From Candidatus Nanopelagicales bacterium (GTDB lineage: Bacteria; Actinomycetota; Actinomycetes; S36-B12; UBA5976), in contig JAEMSA010000002.1 of NCBI GenBank assembly GCA_016463095.1, positions 1,502 through 65,501 on the forward strand: DNA of 64,000 bases, written 5' to 3'. Shown piece after piece: positions 37,930 through 47,491 of this stretch; positions within the stretch are counted from its first letter, which is position 1, and the number at the start of each line of letters is the position of its first letter. A program made the translations under genes and the position numbers. The notes under the pieces are model-generated. The model had not been told where the DNA came from. It saw nothing but the letters and a program-made list of their open reading frames with translations, and did not search any database.

Positions 37930-38547
37930 TTATGCCATTTCCCACAGTGAAGTCCATGAGAGTCCAAGTTCACGAACAATTTCACGTAACGCTGGAAGAG
38001 ATAAGCCAACAACATTGCTGTGATCTCCATGTACCTGTTTGACAAATGCTGCACCCAGAGAATCGATTGTGAAAGCTCCAGCAACATATAACGGTTCAGT
38101 TGTTGCAACATAATCAAGAATTTCTTGGTCATCAACATTTGCGAATTCAACTTTAGTTGAAATAACTCGAGTAATTGTTTGTTTATTATCTAATCTGATT
38201 ACAGTGTGACCAGTATGTAAAATTCCAGTTTTACCGCGCATTTGTTGCCAGCGAGCAATTGCGTTTTCTGCATTGAGTGGTTTACCAAGACTTTGAGAAT
38301 TAAATTCAAGCATCGAATCCGCAGCAATAAGAATTCCGTTATTGAGAGAAACGTTGTTATTTAGAACATAATTTGCTTTGGCAATTGAAAGCTCTTTGAC
38401 AATTACTTCTGTTGCTGAGTTTTTATATTGTGCTTCAATTTCTTTTTCATTAATTTCAGAGGCAATAACAATTGGTTTAATATTTTGGCTTCTAAGAAGC
38501 ATCAATCTGGCAGGAGAGGCGGAAGCCAGGATTACAGGAAAACTCAT
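37930..38547 (-). CDS. maf: Maf-like nucleoside triphosphate pyrophosphatase
   Basis: 205 aa. It has 'ILASASPARL' and 'GAFTIDSLGAAF'. Confidence 0.85.
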   Translation of the reverse strand: MSFPVILASASPARLMLLRSQNIKPIVIASEINEKEIEAQYKNSATEVIVKELSIAKANYVLNNNVSLNNGILIAADSMLEFNSQSLGKPLNAENAIARWQQMRGKTGILHTGHTVIRLDNKQTITRVISTKVEFANVDDQEILDYVATTEPLYVAGAFTIDSLGAAFVKQVHGDHSNVVGLSLPALREIVRELGLSWTSLWEMA

Positions 38548-38759
38548 GCTCCCGGTAGGTAGGAATATTGCCAGCCACTGTTTAGTTGTGGAGTATTTCT
38601 GAATCTAAATTGTGGACTATTCCAGTTACTTATTCTTTTCTTTTGCTTGCCTAACTCTTCAGAAGAATTCTTCGCAACCTGCAAAGCTACGTGGATTGCA
38701 GCAATCTCATCAGCTGTGGGATTTCCTCTAATAATTTCAAATTCAAGTGGTTTGGTCAT
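38544..38759 (-). CDS. accE: Acyl-CoA carboxylase epsilon subunit
   Basis: 71 aa. It has '[18 protein letters not shown]'. Its ends overlap both the carboxyltransferase gene and maf. Confidence 0.65.
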   Translation of the reverse strand: MTKPLEFEIIRGNPTADEIAAIHVALQVAKNSSEELGKQKKRISNWNSPQFRFRNTPQLNSGWQYSYLPGA

Positions 38760-40345
38760 AATGGAATATTTCCATGTTTCTTCGGTGGCATACTTTCACG
38801 TTTTGTTATTAATTGGCGAAGCCCTCTAATGATTCTGATTCTTGTTTCACTAGGTGCAATTACTGCATCTATCCAGCCACGCTCAGCAGCAACGTAAGGA
38901 TTATCAAACGCTTCCTCATATTCACTTATTTTGTCTGCTCTTTCAGCGACAGGATCTTTTGCTCCAGAAATTTCTTTTCTAAACAAAATGTTTACCGCAC
39001 CTTGAGCACCCATTACAGCGACTTGAGCTGTTGGCCAAGCCAGATTTAAATCAGCACCTAAGTGCTTTGAACCCATCACAATGTATGCACCGCCATAAGC
39101 TTTTCTGGTGATTACAGTTATTAATGGAACAGTTGCTTCGGCGTAAGCATAAATTAATTTTGCACCGCGACGAATGATGCCGCCATATTCTTGATCAACT
39201 CCAGGTAAGAAACCTGGTACATCAACAAAAGTAATGATTGGAATATTAAAAGCATCACAGGTTCTCACAAACCGAGCAGCTTTTTCGGAAGCTTCAATAT
39301 CTAACGTTCCAGCAAATTGCATTGGTTGGTTTGCCACAATTCCTACACTTTGTCCTTCAATGCGGCCAAAGCCAACCATTATGTTTGGTGCCCAACCGCC
39401 ATGTATTTCAAAAAATTCGTCATCATCCAAGATGTGTTTTATTAGCACATGCATGTCATAGGGCTGATTTGGTGAATCAGGAACTAATGAATCCATTTCC
39501 AAATCATGTTGGTTAATTTGTAAATCAACTTTAGATTCAAAATGCTGGGAAGGTTCAGCATTATTTGATGGTAAGAAACTTAAAAGTGTTCTAACATAAT
39601 CCAAAGCATCTTCTTCATCACTTGCCATGTAATGAGCAACACCTGATTTTGTGGCATGTGCTCTTGCTCCACCTAAATCTTCAAAAGAAACTTCTTCGCC
39701 AGTCACAGTTTTAATTACATCTGGACCTGTAATAAACATGTGTGAAGTTTTATCAACCATGATCACAAAATCTGTTAAAGCTGGTGAATAAACAGCACCA
39801 CCTGCGCAAGGTCCCATGATTATGGAAATTTGGGGAATAACTCCGGAAGCTCTGGTATTTCTTAAAAATATTTCGCCATACATTGCTAATGAGGCAACAC
39901 CTTCTTGGATTCTTGCTCCACCTGAATCATTAATACCAATAATTGGGGCACCAGATTTAATTGCTAAATCCATTAACTTAACAATTTTTCCACCCATAGC
40001 TTCACCTAAAGATCCACCCATTGCTGTGAAGTCTTGGGAGTAAACATAAACAGGTCGACCATCAATAGTTCCAAAACCAGTGATAACACCATCTCCTGCT
40101 GGACGGTTTTTTTCCATACCAAAATTATTTTTTTGATGTCTAACTAATTCGTCAATTTCTTGAAATGATTCAGGGTCTAGTAGGGCGGTTAATCTTTCAC
40201 GCGCGCTTTGTTTACCTTTGGCATGCTGTTTATCTAAGGCAGTATTTGCTTGATCGACATGAATTTCTTTTTTAATTTCAGCTAGATGAGCTAATTTTGA
40301 CGCGGTAGTACGAGGAGTTGCACCATCACTTGACTTTTTACCCAC
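38756..40345 (-). CDS. accD: Acyl-CoA carboxylase carboxyltransferase (beta) subunit, AccD5/PccB-like
   Basis: 529 aa with a GTG start. It has 'GGARIQEG', '[16 protein letters not shown]' and 'AYGGAYIVM'. Confidence 0.9.
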   Translation of the reverse strand: MGKKSSDGATPRTTASKLAHLAEIKKEIHVDQANTALDKQHAKGKQSARERLTALLDPESFQEIDELVRHQKNNFGMEKNRPAGDGVITGFGTIDGRPVYVYSQDFTAMGGSLGEAMGGKIVKLMDLAIKSGAPIIGINDSGGARIQEGVASLAMYGEIFLRNTRASGVIPQISIIMGPCAGGAVYSPALTDFVIMVDKTSHMFITGPDVIKTVTGEEVSFEDLGGARAHATKSGVAHYMASDEEDALDYVRTLLSFLPSNNAEPSQHFESKVDLQINQHDLEMDSLVPDSPNQPYDMHVLIKHILDDDEFFEIHGGWAPNIMVGFGRIEGQSVGIVANQPMQFAGTLDIEASEKAARFVRTCDAFNIPIITFVDVPGFLPGVDQEYGGIIRRGAKLIYAYAEATVPLITVITRKAYGGAYIVMGSKHLGADLNLAWPTAQVAVMGAQGAVNILFRKEISGAKDPVAERADKISEYEEAFDNPYVAAERGWIDAVIAPSETRIRIIRGLRQLITKRESMPPKKHGNIPL

Positions 40346-41200
40346 ATGGTCCTCTCTAGGAAAAAAAGGCTCTTGTCGTACGGTAACAGTGTGACCGGAT
40401 TTTTGAAGAATCGAGCGCCTCTAGATGCTCAATTATTGGAGAGCGAACTGCGTCTTCGTCAGTGTTTATGGCAAAACGTGATTGTAAAAGATGAAGTAAC
40501 TTCAACCAATGACATTGCAAAAGATTTAGTAAACAGTGGTGTTGAAGAAGGCACATTTGTGATTGCAAATTTTCAATCTCAAGGCCGAGGTAGGCAAAAT
40601 AGAAATTGGGTAGCACCTAAGAATTCATCGATCTTTATCTCAATTATTTTGAAACCAAGAAGTGTAAACAATATTGGTTGGGTGCCATTACTTATTGGAC
40701 TTTGTTTGTATAAAACTATTGAGTCTGAGTCTAGAAAAAATATCAAAATCAAATGGCCTAACGATTTAGTTTTGATTGAAAATAGGAAAGAATTCAAGTT
40801 CGCTGGAATTTTGTTAGAAAAGCACAACGATCATGTGGTGGCAGGAATTGGTATTAACTTTGATCAAGACAAGAACGAGTTACCTATTGAATTAGCAACG
40901 TCACTTAAGGAAATATTTGAGAATAATATTTCCAAAGAATCAGTGATAGCAGCTTTTGTGGCCGAATTAAGTGCTCGATGGCAGGAGGAAAATAATGCAC
41001 AGACTTCCCCCACTGCTTCATTTATGCGAGATTACAAAGCAAATTGTGTGACGATTAATAAAGAAATCATTGCCCAGATTCCTGGGGGAGAGGTTGTTAA
41101 AGCTTTAGCAATCGATATTTCAGCTACGGGAGAGTTGATCGTTAAGACAGATTCTGGAAATAGATTTCTAAGTTCTGCCGACATTCACCTCATTAGTTAA
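40346..41200 (+). CDS. birA: Biotin--[acetyl-CoA-carboxylase] ligase
   Basis: It has '[12 protein letters not shown]' (GRGRxGRxW) and 'KWPNDL'. The true start is probably downstream (GTG 40391 or TTG 40403), because 'PLDAQLL' aligns near the N-terminus of mycobacterial BirA. Confidence 0.85.
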   Translation: MVLSRKKRLLSYGNSVTGFLKNRAPLDAQLLESELRLRQCLWQNVIVKDEVTSTNDIAKDLVNSGVEEGTFVIANFQSQGRGRQNRNWVAPKNSSIFISIILKPRSVNNIGWVPLLIGLCLYKTIESESRKNIKIKWPNDLVLIENRKEFKFAGILLEKHNDHVVAGIGINFDQDKNELPIELATSLKEIFENNISKESVIAAFVAELSARWQEENNAQTSPTASFMRDYKANCVTINKEIIAQIPGGEVVKALAIDISATGELIVKTDSGNRFLSSADIHLIS

Positions 41201-41210
41201 GATTTTAAAT

Positions 41211-42188
41211 ATGACCAGTCAAACCCATTTTCCAACAGTTGGAATCATTGGTGCCGGACAAATGGCGCGCATGTTGATAGAAGCTGCCTCTAGATTAAAT
41301 ATTGATATCAAATTATTTAGTAAAGATTTGGCAGAAAGTGCAGCACTAATTGCCAACGACGTTGTCATTGGAAGTGTCGAAAATTATGCTGAATTAACTT
41401 CATTTGCCGCAGGAACAAAAGTTGTTACTTTTGATGCGAACGAATACGAATTTGAAAATTTAAGAAAGCTTGAAATTCAGGGTCAAATTTTTCACCCAAC
41501 TCTTTCAACAATTGAAACTTTACAAAGTACAGATCTAGTAAAAAAACTATTACTAGATTCCCAACTGCCTTTTAAAGATGCAGATGTTAACTTTGACCGA
41601 GAGCTCTCTATTCAGGTTGCCAGATCACCCCACGGCCAAACAGTAGTTTATTCAGTTGTTCAAACAAAGAAAACCGATGAAATATTAACCGAAGTGATTG
41701 CGCCTGCGCCCAATTTATCTGACGCTAAAGCTAGTGAATTGCAATTAATTGCACTGAAAATTTCTGAGATATTTAATATTGTTGGTGTGTTTACAGTGGA
41801 ATTTCTTGATCTAGGAAATGATAAATTCCTAATTAGTGAAATCAAATTAGGACCAACTAATTCAGGTCACTGGACAATCGATGGTGCCACAACATCACAA
41901 TTTGAAAACCATTTAAGGGCAATTCTTGATTTACCTTTAGGAAGCCCAACTTTAGTTGCACCGATCACTGTGATGGTAAATGTCTTAGGTGGGCAATATT
42001 TAGATATGTATAAACCCTTCTTGCATTGCATGGCACACGATCCAAAACTACGTATACATCTTTATGGCAAAGAAGTTAAAGCAGGAAGAAAAGTGGGACA
42101 TGTCAATATTAGTGGTCATAATTTAGAAGATTTACTTGATCGAGCACATCATGCGGCAGATTATTTAACTGGAAGAATTACCGAGTAA
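41211..42188 (+). CDS. PurK-like protein (N5-CAIR synthase family) with an apparently deleted ATP-grasp B subdomain
   Basis: 325 aa. 'VGIIGAGQMARML', 'NSGHWT', 'SQFENHLRAILDLPLG' and 'YGKEVKAGRKVGHVN' are PurK signatures. I find no 'K..GGYDG[KR]G' segment. Confidence 0.65.
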   Translation: MTSQTHFPTVGIIGAGQMARMLIEAASRLNIDIKLFSKDLAESAALIANDVVIGSVENYAELTSFAAGTKVVTFDANEYEFENLRKLEIQGQIFHPTLSTIETLQSTDLVKKLLLDSQLPFKDADVNFDRELSIQVARSPHGQTVVYSVVQTKKTDEILTEVIAPAPNLSDAKASELQLIALKISEIFNIVGVFTVEFLDLGNDKFLISEIKLGPTNSGHWTIDGATTSQFENHLRAILDLPLGSPTLVAPITVMVNVLGGQYLDMYKPFLHCMAHDPKLRIHLYGKEVKAGRKVGHVNISGHNLEDLLDRAHHAADYLTGRITE

Positions 42189-43238
42189 TTATTCTTTTAC
42201 CTCAAACGATGGAATCTTTGATCCATCTTGTAATGCTTTAATAACTTCTTGGGCATTGTCAGTTAATTTTCGAGTTGAACCAAGATCACCGATGTTACCC
42301 CCAGATTTATTTGGCATCGTGGCTGAATCAATGCCACCACTTCGTAAAGCAATTACTAGTGGAACTAAATCAAATGGTCCCACACCTTTACTAACTGTGA
42401 CAGCGTTTGCTAGTGCAGAAACTGTGCGAGGAGCTCTTAATGGATTAAGTAAGGTAAATGGGGAAAGTGATTTTTTCATAATTTGGGTAACAACTTCTTG
42501 TTGTCTTTCCGTTCTGCCAATGTCTCCTTTTGGATCGGCATAACGCATACGAGAATAAGCAAGGGCAGTTAAACCGTTAACATTTTGACATCCTTCTTTT
42601 ATTTCTAAACCCGACTTCTTATCAGAGAAATCTTGAGAAGGACAAACTTTTATGCCACCAAAACTGTTGACAACATTTACCAATCCAGCAAAACCAATTT
42701 CAGCGTAATTATCCATTTGCACACCAACTAGTTTCTCCACAGTATTAAGAGAAAGACTTGGTCCACCAAATGCGTAAGCTGCGTTAATTTTATTTTTCTT
42801 CGCCCCAGTGTCGCCACGAGCAGGAATTGTCACAACTAAATCTCTAGGAATACTTGTAATTTGAAGTGGGGTACCAATTTTTGGCACGCTCATAATAATT
42901 ATGGTGTCACTACGTTGTCCTTCAAATTTACCCAAAGGCGCACCCTTTAACACCGGATTATCAATATCGTCTCGTGAATCACTGCCAATAAGTAGCCAAG
43001 TTTTTCCTGGGGATTTAGGAATATCTGATTCGACTCTTTCAATAGTTAATTTGTTTAATTGAAACAAAGCAATTATTAATAGGAAAGCAAACCAATAAGT
43101 AATGGCACCGGCTAAAACCCAGGCAATTTGTCGTTTATTTAAATTCTTTGATTTTCCAGATTTTGCACGATCAGGTTTCGATTGACCTGACTGTGAGTCT
43201 CGAAACCATTCGTTTGGCAAACCTTTTTTCTTATCCAC
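42189..43238 (-). CDS. LCP (LytR-CpsA-Psr) family glycopolymer-peptidoglycan ligase
   Basis: 349 aa. An N-terminal TM anchor is followed by 'LLIGSDSRD...RSDTIII' and 'YSRMRY...DIGRTERQQ'. Confidence 0.85.
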   Translation of the reverse strand: MDKKKGLPNEWFRDSQSGQSKPDRAKSGKSKNLNKRQIAWVLAGAITYWFAFLLIIALFQLNKLTIERVESDIPKSPGKTWLLIGSDSRDDIDNPVLKGAPLGKFEGQRSDTIIIMSVPKIGTPLQITSIPRDLVVTIPARGDTGAKKNKINAAYAFGGPSLSLNTVEKLVGVQMDNYAEIGFAGLVNVVNSFGGIKVCPSQDFSDKKSGLEIKEGCQNVNGLTALAYSRMRYADPKGDIGRTERQQEVVTQIMKKSLSPFTLLNPLRAPRTVSALANAVTVSKGVGPFDLVPLVIALRSGGIDSATMPNKSGGNIGDLGSTRKLTDNAQEVIKALQDGSKIPSFEVKE

Positions 43239-43311
43239 ATGGTTAATCGTACGATTTATTGCAGGATTTTTCTCATTATTCGACTAGCGTTGCTATCAAA
43301 GAGTTAAAAAA

Positions 43312-44304
43312 GTGGGGGAATTAATGTCAGAACCAGCAGTTTCTGTGATCATCCCTGTTCTAAATGAAGAACGATTCTTAACTCAATCGGTACAAGCTAT
43401 TTTGAACCAAAACTATTCAGGTCAGTTAGAAATAATCTTGGCCCTTGGTCCATCAAAAGATCAAACCAATAAAATCGCGCAAGAGTTAGAAAAAGATCCC
43501 AGAGTCAAATTAGTTGAAAACCCATCGGGCAGAACTGCCAGCGCGTTAAATAGCGCAATAAAAAAATCTAATTTTGAAATCATTGTCAGACTCGATGGCC
43601 ATGCCATCGTCGATAGTAATTACATAAAAAATGCGGTATCAACTTTATTGGAAACCGATGCCGACAATGTGGGTGGCTTAATGCAGGCACAGGGCACAAA
43701 TAATTTTGAAAAAAGTGTGGCTGCAGCTATGACTTCTAAGTTTGGTGTTGGTAATGCCCCGTTTCATGTGGGAGGAAAAGCAGGTGAGGCAGACACAGTT
43801 TATTTAGGAACGTTTAAGAAGTCAGCCTTAATAAGAGTTGGATATTTTGATGAATCATTTATTAGAGCTCAAGACTGGGAAATGAATTATCGGATAAGGA
43901 AAACTGGGGGAAAGATTTGGTTTAATCCAGATCTAGTTGTTACCTACCGACCAAGAAAAAATCTTTTTGAGTTAGCAAAACAATATTTTCAATACGGGCA
44001 ATGGAGAAAACAAGTAACTAAAACTTATCCTGAAACAGTTTCGCTAAGGTATTTAGCTCCACCAATTACAGTAGGCGGTTTAATAATTGGTTTAGCAATG
44101 ATTTTATTTTCAAACATTTTGGATACATCGTGGTTACAAATAGGCTGGATTGCACCAGCACTTTATTTTTCGGTAATTCTGCTGGCACTGTTTTCTATTG
44201 GATCCAAAATTAGTCTGCTCAGTCGACTACTTTTGCTGGTGGTTTTGCCAACTATGCATTTGTCATGGGGCGTTGGTTTCTTGAAGGGAAGCAAACGCCT
44301 GTAA
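43312..44304 (+). CDS. Family 2 glycosyltransferase with C-terminal TM segments
   Basis: It has 'VSVIIPVLNEE', 'RLDGH' and 'AQDWE'. The likely start is ATG 43324. Confidence 0.8.
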   Translation: MGELMSEPAVSVIIPVLNEERFLTQSVQAILNQNYSGQLEIILALGPSKDQTNKIAQELEKDPRVKLVENPSGRTASALNSAIKKSNFEIIVRLDGHAIVDSNYIKNAVSTLLETDADNVGGLMQAQGTNNFEKSVAAAMTSKFGVGNAPFHVGGKAGEADTVYLGTFKKSALIRVGYFDESFIRAQDWEMNYRIRKTGGKIWFNPDLVVTYRPRKNLFELAKQYFQYGQWRKQVTKTYPETVSLRYLAPPITVGGLIIGLAMILFSNILDTSWLQIGWIAPALYFSVILLALFSIGSKISLLSRLLLLVVLPTMHLSWGVGFLKGSKRL

Positions 44305-44355
44305 CCTAGGGTGCAACGCGATTGCTTCTGATGAGCGTGGAGGAGAACGAACCCT

Positions 44356-45114
44356 TTGGGTAAGTTTGGTGCCTTTCGTATTTTGGTTTATCGAGACTTA
44401 CAAATTAGATATGCCGGAACCTGGCTTGGTTATTTATGGACACTTTTAGATCCCTTAGCAATGTCCGTTATTTATTGGTTTGTCTTTTCCTACATTGTGG
44501 GATCAAATTCAATTGGTGAACAACCCTACATTTTGTTTTTGTTAACAGGAATTCTTTCTTGGACATGGTTCAACGGTGCAGTCACAGATTCGGCTCGATC
44601 CCTTGTCGTGGAAAGCAAAATGGTTCGTTCCATCGCTATTCCAAGATTCTTATGGGTCATTAAAAGCATTGGTGCTAAAGGAGTTGAATTTGTCTTTGCT
44701 TTACCTATTTTGGTTTTAATTTCGATAATTGCTAAAGCTGAAGTTTCAATGCAGTTATTATTTATTCCCTTGGCTTTTGTGGTGCAATTCTTATTACTTA
44801 CTGGTATCGGTTTGATTCTGGCACCACTAACAGTTTTGGCTAGAGACACCACAAATCTTTTACGTATTTTATTAAGAATGACATTTTATTTAACACCAAT
44901 TATTTATGGAATATCAGATATTCCTGCCCAGTTTCACACTATTGCATATTTAAATCCCATGACTGGAATCATTTCCATGTACCGAGCAGGTTTTTGGAAT
45001 GATTCAAATTTAATTACCCCAATTGTTTTCTCGATTATTATTTCCTTAATAATTTTCATATCCGGTATCGTGTTCTTCAAAAAAGTTGAACGATCAGTAT
45101 TGAAGGAAGTATAA
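44356..45114 (+). CDS. ABC-2 type polysaccharide/teichoic-acid exporter permease (TagG/Wzm-like)
   Basis: 252 aa. It has 'RDLQIRYAGTWLGYLWTLLDPL' and six TM segments. TTG start. Confidence 0.8.
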   Translation: MGKFGAFRILVYRDLQIRYAGTWLGYLWTLLDPLAMSVIYWFVFSYIVGSNSIGEQPYILFLLTGILSWTWFNGAVTDSARSLVVESKMVRSIAIPRFLWVIKSIGAKGVEFVFALPILVLISIIAKAEVSMQLLFIPLAFVVQFLLLTGIGLILAPLTVLARDTTNLLRILLRMTFYLTPIIYGISDIPAQFHTIAYLNPMTGIISMYRAGFWNDSNLITPIVFSIIISLIIFISGIVFFKKVERSVLKEV

Positions 45115-45858
45115 ATGAGTATAGTTATTGAGGTAAAAGATATCGGGGTAAGTTTCAGGCGTAATAGAAAAAGAAATTTCTCAATTCGTGAAATGTTATT
45201 GCAGCAAAAAAATACTTCACCTAAGGGTGAGTTCTGGGCTTTAAGAAATATTAATTTTGAAGTAAAAGCTGGTGAAGCTGTCGGGCTAATGGGTGCCAAC
45301 GGTGAAGGTAAAAGCACACTGCTTCGATTAATAGCTGGTGTTTTGTTACCTGATGAAGGAAGTGTCAAAGTCAATGGGGGAGTTGCTCCGCTTATTGAAT
45401 TAACTGGTGGATTAAAAAGTGATCTAACAGCCCGAGACAATATTTCCTTAGTTGCAGGATTGCACGGTTTAAGTAGGAGTGAAGTTAGAAACAGATTCGA
45501 CAGCATTGTGGAATTTGCTGAAGTGGGAGATTTCTTAGACACCCCTGTAAGACATTTTTCGAGTGGTATGCAAATTAGATTAGGTTTCTCAATTGTTACA
45601 TCCATTGATGAACCCATAATTTTAGTTGACGAAGCTTTGGCTGTGGGTGATGCGGCATTTAGAGAAAAGTGTTACATCAGAATGCAAGATCTACTAAATC
45701 AAGGTAAAACACTTTTCTTAGTTTCACATAAAGAAAAAGATTTAACAGAGTTTTGCACTAGAGGTTTATATTTGAAAAATGGTTCCCTAGCTTTTGATGG
45801 AGCATTGTCTGAAGCATTAAGTGCATACAAAAAAGATGTTGGAGGTTTTCATGACTAA
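45115..45858 (+). CDS. ABC-2 exporter ATP-binding protein (TagH/Wzt-like)
   Basis: It has Walker A 'GANGEGKST', signature 'FSSGMQIRL' and Walker B 'ILVDEALAVGD'. Confidence 0.9.
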   Translation: MSIVIEVKDIGVSFRRNRKRNFSIREMLLQQKNTSPKGEFWALRNINFEVKAGEAVGLMGANGEGKSTLLRLIAGVLLPDEGSVKVNGGVAPLIELTGGLKSDLTARDNISLVAGLHGLSRSEVRNRFDSIVEFAEVGDFLDTPVRHFSSGMQIRLGFSIVTSIDEPIILVDEALAVGDAAFREKCYIRMQDLLNQGKTLFLVSHKEKDLTEFCTRGLYLKNGSLAFDGALSEALSAYKKDVGGFHD

Positions 45859-46609
45859 CTACTCCATTGCACAAATTAAGTCGCTGGGACAACCACCAGA
45901 AGTGTTGAATCGAAGAGTTGCCGAACATTGGTCTGGGCCGCTATATATGAGAAAGATTTCTCCTTATTTATCTAAAATTTTATTAAAATTTGGTTTGAGT
46001 CCAACAGCCGTAACTTGGTTAATGGTTTTTTCTGGATGGATTGCAGCGTTGAGCGTTATTAAGACTGGTCTGCTGGGGGCGGTGCTGGCAGTTATTTTTG
46101 CCCAACTGCAAATGCTTTTTGATTGCTGCGATGGGGAAATGGCTCGGGTAACCCAAAAATATAATCCAGCAGGAATCTTCATTGATCGCTTTGGCCACTA
46201 CTCAACAGAAGCCCTGTTAGCAATCGCCTTTGGAATCAGAGTTTATTTGGAAAATGGGGAACGAGTAAGTGCCATAATTTTTGGTCTAGTTTTTTCCCTT
46301 TTGATTACTTTCAACAAAGTGTTTAATGACATGGTGCATGTGGCAAGAAGTTTTTCTAACCTAGATAAACTTTCTGAAGACAAAAATGTAGCAACTCCTC
46401 GCAATGGACTTATCGCAAAAATTCGTTCCTTATTCAGATTCTTCCCCATTCATAAGATTTATCATTCTGTAGAATTGAGTATTATTATTTTGCTTTCCGT
46501 AATATTTAATGTTTCTAACACAGTCTTAATTTTCTTAACTTGCGCAGCCTTTGTGACAGTGGTTGGTCACTTAGTGGCAATACTTACCTCTTCGCGTTTA
46601 CGCGCTTAA
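45821..46609 (+). CDS. CDP-alcohol phosphatidyltransferase family membrane protein
   Basis: The motif is 'DCCDGEMARVTQKYNPAGIFIDRFGH' (D-x2-DG-x2-AR-x8-G-x3-D-x3-H). The likely start is ATG 45851, preceded by GGAGG at 45841-45845. Confidence 0.8.
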   Translation: MHTKKMLEVFMTNYSIAQIKSLGQPPEVLNRRVAEHWSGPLYMRKISPYLSKILLKFGLSPTAVTWLMVFSGWIAALSVIKTGLLGAVLAVIFAQLQMLFDCCDGEMARVTQKYNPAGIFIDRFGHYSTEALLAIAFGIRVYLENGERVSAIIFGLVFSLLITFNKVFNDMVHVARSFSNLDKLSEDKNVATPRNGLIAKIRSLFRFFPIHKIYHSVELSIIILLSVIFNVSNTVLIFLTCAAFVTVVGHLVAILTSSRLRA

Positions 46610-46612
46610 ATT

Positions 46613-47491
46613 ATGAATGAATTAAAACCAACTTTTGGTTGTGTTGTCTTAACTCAAGGAAATCGTCCTATTCAATTAAAAGCTGCACTTTCGTCTTTAT
46701 TAGGACAAGTTGATGTTGAGGTGGATGTGGTTGTAGTTGGTAACGGTTGGCTCCCAACAGACTTACCAGCTGGAGTAAAAAGTGTTCACAGCAAAGAAAA
46801 TTTAGGTATTCCAGCCGGAAGAAATTTAGGCGTTAGCAATGTCAAAGGAGATTTACTTTTCTTTCTAGATGATGACGTGGTTTTAGAAGATAATGACACA
46901 TTGTCTCGTATTTATAAAAAATTTATTGGTATGCCAAAAGTTGCCTTGATGCAACCGCAACCCAAAGATCCAAATGGTTTAGCAACTCCTCGAAGATGGA
47001 TTCCTAGATTAAATACTAAAAATCCTGATCGACCTTCACATATTTTTGCTTTATGGGAAGGTGCCACAACTGTGCGACGAGATGTTTTCGAAAAAGTTGG
47101 ATCCTGGCCAAATGAATTCTTTTACGGACACGAAGGTGTTGATTTAGTTTGGAGAATTTGGGACGCAGGATTTAAATGCTGGTATGCAGGAGATGTGGTG
47201 GTGTCTCATCCTGCTGTTGAACCAGAAACTAGACATAAAATTTATTATCAATATCAAGCCCGAAATCGAGTCTTATTAGCAAGAAGAAATCTGCCCGGAC
47301 TCATTTCTTATTGGTATTTGCTCAACTGGAAAGTTATTTCACTGTTTCGCTTACGCAGCAATTCTGAGGGTAAAAAGGAATTTAAAAAAGGCTGGCAAGA
47401 GGGAAAAAGAGCGGATTTAAGTCCGCAAAAGAAATTGTCTTGGTTTACTGTTTTAAAAATGACTTTGTTTCTGCGCCCACCAATTATTTAA
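46613..47491 (+). CDS. Family 2 glycosyltransferase
   Basis: It has 'GCVVLTQGNRP', 'ENLGIPAGRN' and 'FFLDDDVVL'. Confidence 0.75.
   Translation: MNELKPTFGCVVLTQGNRPIQLKAALSSLLGQVDVEVDVVVVGNGWLPTDLPAGVKSVHSKENLGIPAGRNLGVSNVKGDLLFFLDDDVVLEDNDTLSRIYKKFIGMPKVALMQPQPKDPNGLATPRRWIPRLNTKNPDRPSHIFALWEGATTVRRDVFEKVGSWPNEFFYGHEGVDLVWRIWDAGFKCWYAGDVVVSHPAVEPETRHKIYYQYQARNRVLLARRNLPGLISYWYLLNWKVISLFRLRSNSEGKKEFKKGWQEGKRADLSPQKKLSWFTVLKMTLFLRPPII

Noticed and set aside
44934-45617. 227-aa ORF on the - strand, antisense to the ABC-2 permease/ATPase genes. It is strikingly long for an AT-rich genome.
   Set aside because: It is Ser/Thr/Leu/Pro-rich and low in complexity, with no recognisable motif. It lies entirely within two strongly supported sense genes (Walker A/B and ABC signature intact). 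It is most simply a stop-poor antisense frame of a coding region.
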